A stretch of DNA of 8,422 nt from Octopus sinensis (lineage: Eukaryota): the NCBI RefSeq assembly GCF_006345805.1, contig NW_021828390.1, positions 1 to 8,422 of the forward strand, written 5' to 3'. Position 1 is the first letter of the stretch. Every line of letters starts with the position of its first letter. The position numbers and the translations under genes are program-made. Of this stretch, positions 1-7,830 are shown piece after piece. The notes beneath the pieces were generated by a model. That model was not told where the DNA came from, ran no database searches, and was given only the letters and a program-made list of their open reading frames with translations.

Positions 1-200
1 CGGATCGAAATCCACCTCAGCATTCAGAATCGCAACTCAGACAACAAACACTCCAAATATTTTCAGTCTGTCTTCTTTAAACTAGGTCCTGGTCAACATG
101 CTGTTTACTGTCGTGAAATAGAAAGTGAAAGTAAATTGTCCTAAAAACATGAAAATAAATTGCAACAGAATCCTGAAGTGACGACATTTCTCTTACTTAC

Positions 201-466
201 CTGTTTATATTAGTTGGATTGTTCTTCGTAGAGTCAAATCGCTCTTCTCAAAAGAGGAAATGGTTCGTATAATTTGAATGGGTACACAGAAGCAACGCTT
301 CACATTGGTTCTTTCACTACAATTCATTCACCATGCAGGATTATTGCATTGCACACATGTATCTGGGGTGGCTAACATGCATTGACATACAGCCACCGAA
401 TTGCCTTCTCAGTTGTGGTTGTTGCTAGGTGTAATACACTGGAACTCTGTACCTCAGCTGCTATTC
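201..466 (-). other. Exon-like segment with canonical splice signals but stops in all three frames
   Basis: Minus strand: acceptor ctttttttttcaaatgatgtgttatgtatttcAG (AG at 468-467), donor CAG|GTAAGT at 201/200, then a 60 nt intron-like stretch (200-141) ending tttattttcatgtttttAG. Manual translation gives stops in every frame. Confidence 0.3.
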
Positions 467-714
467 CTGAAATACATAACACATCATTTGAAAAAAAAAG
501 CCTTTCGAATCCCATAATAACGGTTGCGCAATTTCTTGCTGAACAGCCTGCACAAATTATCTATTATAATAATACTCTTGTGTTTTTCTCCGTCACAATA
601 TATGAATGAGAAAGGAAGGGGTGATAGATGAATAAGGAAGGAAGGGGTGATGGCAAATTGGTGGGATGGTGAACATTCAACGCTGAAAAGAAAAATTAAA
701 CAGCTTTTGAACTC

Positions 715-775
715 TGTGTAAGTACATGTGTGTAAGTACATGTGTGAGTACATGTGTGTAAGTGTGTGCGTGTGC
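715..775. repeat. Short degenerate tandem repeat, unit about 14 bp (TGTGTGTAAGTACA), about 3.5 copies, decaying into (GT)n
   Basis: tgtgtaagtaca tgtgtgtaagtaca tgtgtgagtaca tgtgtgtaagtg read directly. Confidence 0.85.
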
Positions 776-831
776 AAGGGAAGTATGTGAATGGATGTGA
801 ACACTGACAAGTGTATTAATTTTATTTACCA

Positions 832-893
832 TCCATATTTATATATAAAATACTATAATTAGCCGTCATTTTTTACGGCTCGGGGCCAGCTAG
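832..893 (+). mobile_element. Possible minimal non-autonomous Helitron (62 bp)
   Basis: A|TC start (TCCATATTTATATATAAAA), hairpin AGCCGT(861-866)/ACGGCT(875-880), 9 nt spacer, CTAG(890-893)|T end. Confidence 0.35.
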
Positions 894-1092
894 TTTGTTT
901 ATAGTTTATTAAAGTGTTTGTGATGTACATGAGTTTACTCTCTCCATCAAATTGGCATCGAGGCTACAAGAGTACGTCGGGTGGCGAAGCAATCGCAGAG
1001 CAACGTGAGATGAAGTGTTTTGCTCAAGAACACAACGGACCGCCCTGTCCGGATTTTACGATCGTGAGTACAACGACCCGAACCATTAGGCC

Positions 1093-1093
<1 letters not shown>
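894..1093 (-). mobile_element. tRNA-derived SINE, degenerate, B-box region missing
   Basis: Minus strand starts TGGCCTAATGG (A-box consensus TRGCNNARYGG, 1093-1083), followed by GTTGTGTTCTTGAGCAAAACACTTCATCTCACGTTGCTC, a body motif typical of animal tRNA-SINEs. No GTTCRA between them. The 3' boundary is approximate. Confidence 0.75.
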
Positions 1094-1159
<66 letters not shown>

Positions 1160-1163
1160 TAAT
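1093..1163. repeat. (AAT)n microsatellite, about 23 units
   Basis: Direct reading; one GAT interruption near 1158. Confidence 0.98.
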
Positions 1164-1712
1164 GCCCTGATGCAGTACCAGGCAGTGGCTCTCATGGCTT
1201 CTGATCTTACGATTGGAAGTGTTATCATGTACATTGTTTTGTCTTGTATAAAGATGGGCTACAGCAAATATTCTGCTCAATACCACAGGTTTGCTTGTCA
1301 GTTGTTTGACCTTAACCAGTTGAGCATGTCCCTTAGTGGCTGACGATATGTGCATCTCTGATCACGAGCAGAAGTAGTGGGGGAGCATCATAGCCATGTA
1401 TTGAGAGGGATTCTTTGGGGTTTGAATAATTCACCTCTGGAAACATGGGTGGTTCTTTCAACATCCTTAAACAATCCTTATTCAGGGACCTTTTGAGCAG
1501 GATGGGCTACTCAACCTGAAGAAAATTCTGACTGGGTCCCACCTGCAAGGTCATGTGCTGTTTATCTTGATACGAGATCACCATGTCGCGCACATATGGT
1601 TGTGATGCATGTGCCTGGTGTACCTTTATCAAGAGGTAGTCATGATGGGTATATTGGGCTTCGTATATTTTACCCCAGTGTCACTTTGATGGCATGCACT
1701 GCTCTCTCACTC
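1164..1712. mobile_element. 549 bp non-coding interspersed element inserted in an (AAT)n array
   Basis: Complex, higher-GC sequence with sharp borders (aat|GCCCTGATG ... CTCTCTCACTC|aat) and the same-strand AAT array on both sides. Resembles an abundant octopus repeat from memory. No recognisable ORF. Confidence 0.65.
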
Positions 1713-1757
1713 AATAATAATAATAATAATAATAAAAATAATAATAATGATGATGAT
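1713..1757. repeat. (AAT)n changing to (GAT)n microsatellite
   Basis: Direct reading. Confidence 0.95.
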
Positions 1758-2330
1758 GGTGGAACATTCCTCCCACGTGACGAGTGGTATTTGATAGTCG
1801 TTACAAATACTGTGACGTAGGAAGCCGAACAGTCGGGAAATCGGCGAAGTCGGTCATAGATAGTCGTGTCTTATTTGTCTAACTATACTGCTATACCGGA
1901 GTAGAGGTTATAACAGTCCGACATTGGATTACAATAGAGATGTTAAATATAATGGCTGTTAGCAACGCTCGTGCTGAAATTTAAAGTTAATAGCAGCTAA
2001 GACTCTTATTTACAAAGACAAGTTTTCCAGAAACAAGCGAGATCAGGATCTCCGACTTCGCAATAATGCGGGTGATATTTCGGAATTTCAATTTAAAGAA
2101 ATATCTGAACAAAGACGAGGGGTCTTACAACCAACTGTTAGATGGCCGTTGACTCCGCTGAGTTCACCCGCCCTTTGACAGGTTTTGTTTTTCGTCTTGT
2201 AGGGTGACCAACGAAAACCACCTTCTTTACTGAGCAAGCTGGGTAGGGTTGTCGTTGTAGTCGCCGACAGTCCGACCATGCCACAGATTGTGCTGCATAT
2301 CATGTTACCCGTAGCACTAAGAGTGATCTG

Positions 2331-2408
2331 ACATACATGCATACATACATACATACATACAGACAGACAGACAGACAGACAGACATATATATATATTATT
2401 ATATATAT

Positions 2409-2452
<44 letters not shown>

Positions 2453-2468
2453 TATATTATACATATGT
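2331..2468. repeat. Compound microsatellite (ACAT)n-(AGAC)n-(AT)n
   Basis: Direct reading. Confidence 0.95.
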
Positions 2469-2755
2469 ACCAACAAATTTGCTCAAAAATACTCAGTTTC
2501 ACGGAAAAAAAAACCAAAAGAAACTGATGCGAATTCTCCAAATCAAATCTTTTACTGGCACAATATTTAATTTTTTCCATAAATTCGTAATCTATGATTC
2601 TTATGTGAATAGATGTGCACACTTAGGTGTATGCATCGACAGTTCAACCATATATTTACAAACACTAAGAAATCTCTTAACTCAAAAATCTTGTCGCTTT
2701 CTTAGCAACCGTTTTGAACTCTCTCAAGAAAGACAAATTAATTTCAAAGGAAAGT

Positions 2756-2840
2756 CATACATACATACATACATACATACATACATACATACATACATAC
2801 ATACATACATGTATGCATGCATACATGCATACATACATGC
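2756..2840. repeat. (CATA)n microsatellite with CATG variants
   Basis: Direct reading. Confidence 0.97.
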
Positions 2841-3434
2841 AAGGACATATGAGTGTAAGGCTTTGGTCAGTCAAGTGTTATTGTTGGAAGGCATATCCGA
2901 TGATTGAGAAGCAAGCTTTTTAATCACACATCTATGTCTGCGACTATCAATGCCTGCACGTTGGTTCATGTTTTGCAAACAGTGTTATATTCAGGTAAAA
3001 ATCTGGTAAATAAATTCGTTATTGATATTGTGAAGTACATAAATACATTAAAACATTTTTTTCTCCATTTGTCTTCGCTGTTCACAAAGTCACGTCTGTT
3101 GGTGAGTTGCAGGGATGCGTCAAGTAGACAGCGGATATCGTCTGCGTCAGCTACAACAGTTGTCGTCTGCTTTCTTAATATAATCGGTCATCGGGGTTAA
3201 ATTTTAGTATATATATATCTACTTATATGTCTCTTCCTTTGTTAATCAAACTCAATTTATAGTATTTCCGTTATCTTCCGACATTTTATTTATTTTTTAT
3301 ATTTGTTTATTATATTTATTATCTATTTGCGTTACTTACAAACTCTGCAGGACACGTATAAACAAGGAAATTTTTTTTCTAACTAAATAATTTGGAGTCG
3401 TGATATCAACAAATTTCGAAAGATATGTAGGATA

Positions 3435-3473
3435 TGTGTGTGCGTGCGTGCGTGTGTGTGTGTGGTGTGTGTG

Positions 3474-3528
<55 letters not shown>

Positions 3529-3530
3529 TG
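3435..3530. repeat. (GT)n microsatellite with GCGT variants
   Basis: Direct reading. Confidence 0.97.
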
Positions 3531-3631
3531 AAGAGGGCGGTTGAGAGATTAATCGATAGATAAATTGATAGACAGATAGACAGATGTATTGTTGTCTGTC
3601 TGACTCTACCTCTCTTTCCCTCTTTCTCCCT

Positions 3632-3638
3632 AATATAT

Positions 3639-3676
<38 letters not shown>

Positions 3677-3943
3677 TGTATGTATGTATGTATGTATGTA
3701 TGCATGTATGTAGTATGTATGTATATATATATATACATATTACATATATATATGCAACACACACTGATATATATATATGTATATATATATATATGCATGT
3801 ATATATATATGTATGTATATATAATATATATATATGTATATACATATATATATGTATGTATATATATGTATATACATATATATATTTATATATATATATA
3901 TATATATATTATATAATATATATATATATACACATATATTATG

Positions 3944-3985
<42 letters not shown>

Positions 3986-4020
3986 TACATATACATATAT
4001 ACATTACTATATACATATGT
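3632..4020. repeat. Long (TATG)n/(TA)n low-complexity tract
   Basis: Direct reading; accounts for the YI/MYVC-rich ORFs in the track. Confidence 0.97.
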
Positions 4021-4231
4021 ATTTGAATAGATATAGTGCGTGTGCGTGGAGGTGTGTCTCGTGGTACTGACATAGTCTAAATGACAACGTCTGTCAACAA
4101 CTCTTCATCATTACAATCCGTTGGTGTATATCTTCAAATCTGATGTTTGATGTTTGACGGCATCAATTAGTTTTGCCAACACTTATGTCCCTCGTATCTA
4201 TTCAAAATGTCACGCCTACATTCACCCCTTC

Positions 4232-4257
4232 TCGTCGTCGTCGTCGACGTAGTAGTG

Positions 4258-4302
<45 letters not shown>

Positions 4303-4314
4303 TAGTAGTAGTAG
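4232..4314. repeat. (TCG)5-ACG-(TAG)n compound microsatellite
   Basis: Direct reading. Confidence 0.95.
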
Positions 4315-4474
4315 TGGTTGTGTCTCCGGTGTAGCTTCCACATTTTACTTGATATTTTCATATTCATTTTAATAAACTTCATTTCAATCTTTGACAGATT
4401 CGCCACGTTTCTTCGTTTCTTTATTGCAATGTTTACTGCCGAAACTTTAATAAGTCTGTCTGGCTTCATTCAAT

Positions 4475-4644
4475 GTACATACATACACACGTACATACAA
4501 TACATACATGCATTCATACATACACACATAAAATACATAGATACACACATACACACACACACATATGCACAAATGTGTGTGTGTGTGTATAAACACAAGG
4601 ACACACAATGCATACATACATATATATATATATAGAGATGCATT

Positions 4645-4677
<33 letters not shown>

Positions 4678-4744
4678 GTATATGTATGGTGTGTGTGTGT
4701 TGTGTGTGTGGTGTGTGTATACATATATATAGATATATATATAG

Positions 4745-4812
<68 letters not shown>

Positions 4813-4906
4813 CGATAGAATAGATAGAGTGATAGCTATACATATAATTTAATGTGTGTATATATATATATAGGTACATATATACACACACATATATATA
4901 TATATT
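4475..4906. repeat. Compound low-complexity tract (ACAT)/(AC)/(GT)/(TA) with a (GATA)n core at about 4730-4830
   Basis: Direct reading. Confidence 0.95.
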
Positions 4907-5462
4907 GATTAAGATAAACAAGGTTCTTTTTAAATCTAAAATATACTCTCTTTCATTTTCTACAATGCTCTTCCATCTGTCTGGTATACTTGCAAGGCCT
5001 TTCTTCCAAAATTCACTTGTCCCTGACGAAAAATACACATCCAGCACTGTCTGACCTCGTCTACAGAATTCAAAATTTTCCCATCCAAATGATTTTGAAG
5101 ACTGGGGGATAATTGATAATCAGATTGAGCAATGTCCGGCGAATATGATGGGTGGGGCATTGTTTCCCATTCAAACTGCTCCAGCTTTTGGAACATCATC
5201 TTCGCTGTATGTGGCCGAGCATTATCCTGATGGAAGAACACCTTTCGTCTTGAAAGCAAAGATGGTTGTTTTTCTTCTAGTGCAGGTGTCGATGAATGGT
5301 TGAATAACCAAATCCAATCCTCTCTGCTAGTTTCTCAACAGCTACGATGGGAATTTGTCACATCAGTCCGACCTCGTCGAGCTCTACAGATCTTCCAGGA
5401 CGAGGCTCGTATTCTAAGCTACAGTCTCCAGCTTGGAATTTCTGGAACCGCCACTGACACTG
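4907..5462 (-). pseudogene. Mariner (DD34D) transposase relic: internally deleted, frameshifted, one in-frame stop
   Basis: Minus 5462-5283: QCQWRFQKFQAGDCSLEYEPRPGRSVELDEVGLM*QIPIVAVEKLAERIGFGYSTIHRHL (mariner HTH region). This joins ALEEKQPSLLSRRKVFFHQDNARPH...HPSYSPDIAQSDY, with 34 residues between D at 5226-5224 and D at 5121-5119. A 1 nt frameshift near 5050 leads to VLDVYFSSGTSEFWKKGLASIPDRWKSIVENEREYILD. Confidence 0.93.
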
Positions 5463-5470
5463 ATTATTAG

Positions 5471-5644
5471 TTTTAAACTTTGGCACAAGGCCAGGAATTT
5501 CAAAGGGAGGGCGTAAGTTGATTACATCGACCTTAGTGCTTAACTGGTACTTATTTTATCGACCCCGAAAGAATGAAAGGTAAAATCGACCTTGAACTAA
5601 GAACGTAAAGACGGACGAAATTCGGCTAAGCAACGAATCTGCCT
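5471..5644 (-). mobile_element. tRNA-derived SINE with central conserved domain; head partly deleted
   Basis: Minus strand contains GTCGATTTTACCTTTCATTCTTTCGGGGTCGATAAAATAAGTACCAG. Both ends align to the copy at 7093-7206 (tggcacaaggccaggaattt vs tagcacaaggccagcaattt; agaacgtaaagacggacgaaa vs agaacgtagacgaacgaaa). Confidence 0.85.
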
Positions 5645-5884
5645 GTCGTATATATGTATATATATATATAAGTGTGTGTGTCTGTGTTTGTCCCCCTAGC
5701 ATTGCTTGACAACCGATGCTGGTGTGTTTACGTCCTCGTCACTTAGCGGTTCGGCAAAAGAGGCCGATAGAATAAGTACTACTGGCTTACAGAATAAGTC
5801 CCGGGTCGATTTGGCTCGACTAAAGGCGGTGCTCCAGCATGGCCGCAGTCAAATGACTGAAACAAGTAAAAGAGTAAAAGAGTA
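5641..5884 (+). mobile_element. 5'-truncated SINE with internal (TA)/(GT) tract and (GTAAAAGA)n tail
   Basis: Ends GGCGGTGCTCCAGCATGGCCGCAGTCAAATGACTGAAACAA-GTAAAAGA-GTAAAAGA-GTA. Shares CGATAGAATAAGTAC (5765-5779) with the inverted SINE at 5547-5561 (14/15). The 5' boundary rests on a remembered octopus consensus. Confidence 0.8.
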
Positions 5885-5993
5885 TCAAATGAAATTTCTC
5901 ATTTGTTGATACTTTCAAGTGTGTATGAAATAATGAAACGCATTTTCAAAGAAAGAGTAGAAAATTACATACTATAAATAGACGAAGTACACT

Positions 5994-6439
5994 TACGAGG
6001 GGGTACTGAAAAGTTCCTGGCTTTAAGGGTGTCGCGAAAGGCCTAGGTGGAGGCCCGACATTCGGAGTTCTTTTATAGGGCTTAGAAAAAGTGTGTGAAT
6101 CTGGGCGGGTAATATGTTGAATAAAATGATAATTATGTGTGTGTGCGCGTGCGCACGTGTTTCTCTGTGTGTGTGCTTGTGTGTGCTTGTGTGTGCATAT
6201 TGGGGCCCTAGGATATGTAACACACTGCCTAAATATCAATCTTGAGAAATTAGGCTTCTCAAAAGCAGAAAGGAGAAAGCTAATTCGAAGACTACAGATC
6301 TGTAAAACTTTCCAGAAGTTTATCATTTATATATATATAAATGGGTAACTATATGCATGAGAATACGTACATAAAACATGCAAATCTTATACTTTCTTTT
6401 TGTACCCAAGGCCAGGAAATTTTCAGCCCCCACCTCTTA
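5994..6439 (+). mobile_element. Mariner-derived MITE with TIRs and TA target duplication, interrupted by an insertion
   Basis: Left: TA-CGAGGGGGTACTGAAAAGTTCCTGGCTTT (5994-6024). Reverse complement of right end: TA-AGAGGTGGGGGCTGAAAATTTCCTGGCCTT (6439-6408). Internal 6078-6125 (gggcttagaaaaa..gtgtgtgaatctg..aatatgttgaataa) resembles a decayed mariner transposase C-terminus. Confidence 0.85.
6199..6385 (+). mobile_element. 3' fragment of an RLE-type non-LTR retrotransposon (R2/R4-Dong/NeSL/Hero-like), nested in the MITE
   Basis: 6199-6327 encodes IGALGYVTHCLNINLEKLGFSKAERRKLIRRLQICKTFQKFII. The IGALG...L.KLG...Q pattern is typical of the end of restriction-like endonuclease domains. The 3' boundary is approximate. 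Confidence 0.7.
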
Positions 6440-6780
6440 TATACACCTGAAAACAACTTGAATGGAACACGTGATAAAAAAAAACCAGAAAAACACGTCA
6501 GACGGCCCAAAACTAAAATAGAGGGGACACAGATTTAAAAAATCCCTTACGATTTTATGTTCGGGTTCATGTGAAATAGCTGGGGAAGGCAGTTCCTCCT
6601 TTCGGCAAAGGTAAGAAAAGCTGTCAACACAACTCTATATTGATGACCCCTAAAATAACTTTTATACTAACTGTGATAAAAAGAAAGCTCAGTCAACAGA
6701 TTTCCATGAGTCACATTTATCAACCATCAAAGAGCCGTATAAAAGTATTGCAAGTGGCTCGCAAGCCACATTTAAACCAC

Positions 6781-6783
<3 letters not shown>

Positions 6784-6828
<45 letters not shown>
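6784..6828. repeat. (AT)n microsatellite
   Basis: Direct reading. Confidence 0.98.
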
Positions 6829-6831
<3 letters not shown>

Positions 6832-6971
6832 GATAGTAAAAAGTGAAAAAACTACAGAAGGCTTGTTTGAAAAGGGTTAAAAAATATATATTTGAGTCAT
6901 TATATGTCAGAAGAATGTTATAAATTTTTTTCATACAGCCTTCTGTAGTTTTTTCACTTTTTACTATTTTC
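6829..6971. mobile_element. 143 bp hairpin MITE-like element with about 45 bp terminal inverted repeats, TA on both sides
   Basis: 6827-6863 pairs with 6973-6937 with one mismatch (6832); pairing continues imperfectly to about 6873/6928, with a spacer of about 55 nt. Confidence 0.8.
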
Positions 6972-7013
6972 TATATATTCAACCACGTGCTTTCACACAC
7001 CAACTTTCTCACC

Positions 7014-7014
<1 letters not shown>

Positions 7015-7048
<34 letters not shown>

Positions 7049-7084
7049 GTATATGTATGCATGTATGTATGTATGTATGTATAT
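7015..7084. repeat. (TA)n/(TATG)n microsatellite
   Basis: Direct reading. Confidence 0.95.
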
Positions 7085-7092
7085 CCTTGGTC

Positions 7093-7206
7093 TTAAAATT
7101 TAGCACAAGGCCAGCAATTTCAGAGGAGCGGGCACAGAACGTAGACGAACGAAATGCCGTTAAGCATTCTGCCCAGCGTGCTAACAACTGCGCCAGTTCA
7201 CCGCCT
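7093..7206 (-). mobile_element. tRNA-derived SINE of the same family as 5471-5644, with about 85 nt internal deletion
   Basis: Minus head AGGCGGTGAACTGGCGCAGTTGTTAGC (A-box-like). Alignment to 5471-5644 shows that the segment equivalent to about 5513-5599 is absent. Confidence 0.82.
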
Positions 7207-7307
7207 GTTAATATAGGCTAATGTAACAAAAGATAATATAATATTATACTTTATTATATTATGCATACACACAAACGACACACACTCACTCACGCTTTTC
7301 TTACCAC

Positions 7308-7434
7308 GGGCATATGGCGTAGTGGTTAAGAGCACGGGCTACTAACTCCAAAATTCCAAGTTCGATTCTAGGCAGTGAACTCATAATATTAATAATAATA
7401 ATAATAATAATATAAAATAATAATAATAATAATA

Positions 7435-7466
<32 letters not shown>

Positions 7467-7606
7467 TAACTCGAAAATACCTTGGGAATGAGATCCAGGT
7501 TCGAATTTCCCCAAGACACCTGGTGAAGCTGGAGGTATATCAGCCGAAACGTTGTGCTAACAACAAACAAGATGAGGACAAATATCTGTCAAATGTAAAA
7601 ATGTAA
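7308..7606 (+). mobile_element. Composite SINE-like element: tRNA-like Pol III head + (AAT)n + hammerhead-like tail
   Basis: A-box TGGCGTAGTGG 7315-7325, B-box GTTCGATTC 7360-7368, AAT tract about 7383-7469, hairpin CTTGGG(7481-7486)/CCCAAG(7510-7515), hammerhead-like fold 7515-7558, tail AAATGTA-A-AAATGTA 7591-7605. Confidence 0.75.
7515..7558 (+). ncRNA. Minimal type I hammerhead ribozyme-like motif (Penelope type), core mutated in this copy
   Basis: Stem I CAC(7517-7519)/GUG(7554-7556); core CUGGUGA 7520-7526 (canonical CUGANGA); stem II GCUG(7528-7531)/CAGC(7541-7544); GAAAC 7546-7550; palindromic ACGU stem III; GUU cleavage triplet 7551-7553. Confidence 0.65.
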
Positions 7607-7637
<31 letters not shown>

Positions 7638-7830
7638 GATATTATGTTTATACATGTGTGTGTGTGCGCGCGTGTATGAAAGCGCATGGCATAGTTTATA
7701 TGTACGAATGCATGTATATATGTGCGTGTATGTAAATGTATGAGCGTGTGTATGTGTCTGTGCATATACATACATACATGTGTGTGTGTGCGTTCGTACG
7801 TGCGCGCGTGTGTGTATGGCGCTTATGTGT
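7607..7830. repeat. (TA)n followed by degenerate (GT)/(GCGT)/(ATGT) low-complexity tract
   Basis: Direct reading. Confidence 0.9.

Noticed and set aside
1164-1215. CTGATG and a small stem-loop at the start of the 549 bp element as a hammerhead or HDV-like ribozyme
   Set aside because: CTGATGC is not CUGANGA, no GAAA follows, and P1/P1.1/P2 of an HDV fold could not be built.
3060-3107. 12 nt microexon candidate (3090-3101) between a pyrimidine tract ending AAG and a GTGAGT donor
   Set aside because: Weak AAG acceptor and no supporting gene context; needs junction reads.
2331-4906. CRISPR array or regularly spaced repeats
   Set aside because: All repeats are simple tandem microsatellites without unique spacers, in a eukaryotic context.
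5487-6427. Similarity between SINE tail AAGGCCAGGAATTT (5487-5500) and MITE right TIR AAGGCCAGGAAATTTT (6408-6423)
   Set aside because: Short match; each copy is explained by its own element, so it is probably coincidence.
6551-6672. Splice-like signals on both strands (plus exon 6580-6610 with AAG|GTAAGA; minus 120 nt segment 6670-6551)
   Set aside because: The minus segment has stops in all frames; the plus candidate has a poor pyrimidine tract and no recognisable peptide.
7308-7380. Functional tRNA gene
   Set aside because: Acceptor and anticodon stems do not pair properly and the sequence runs into repeat-element body, so it is better explained as a SINE head.
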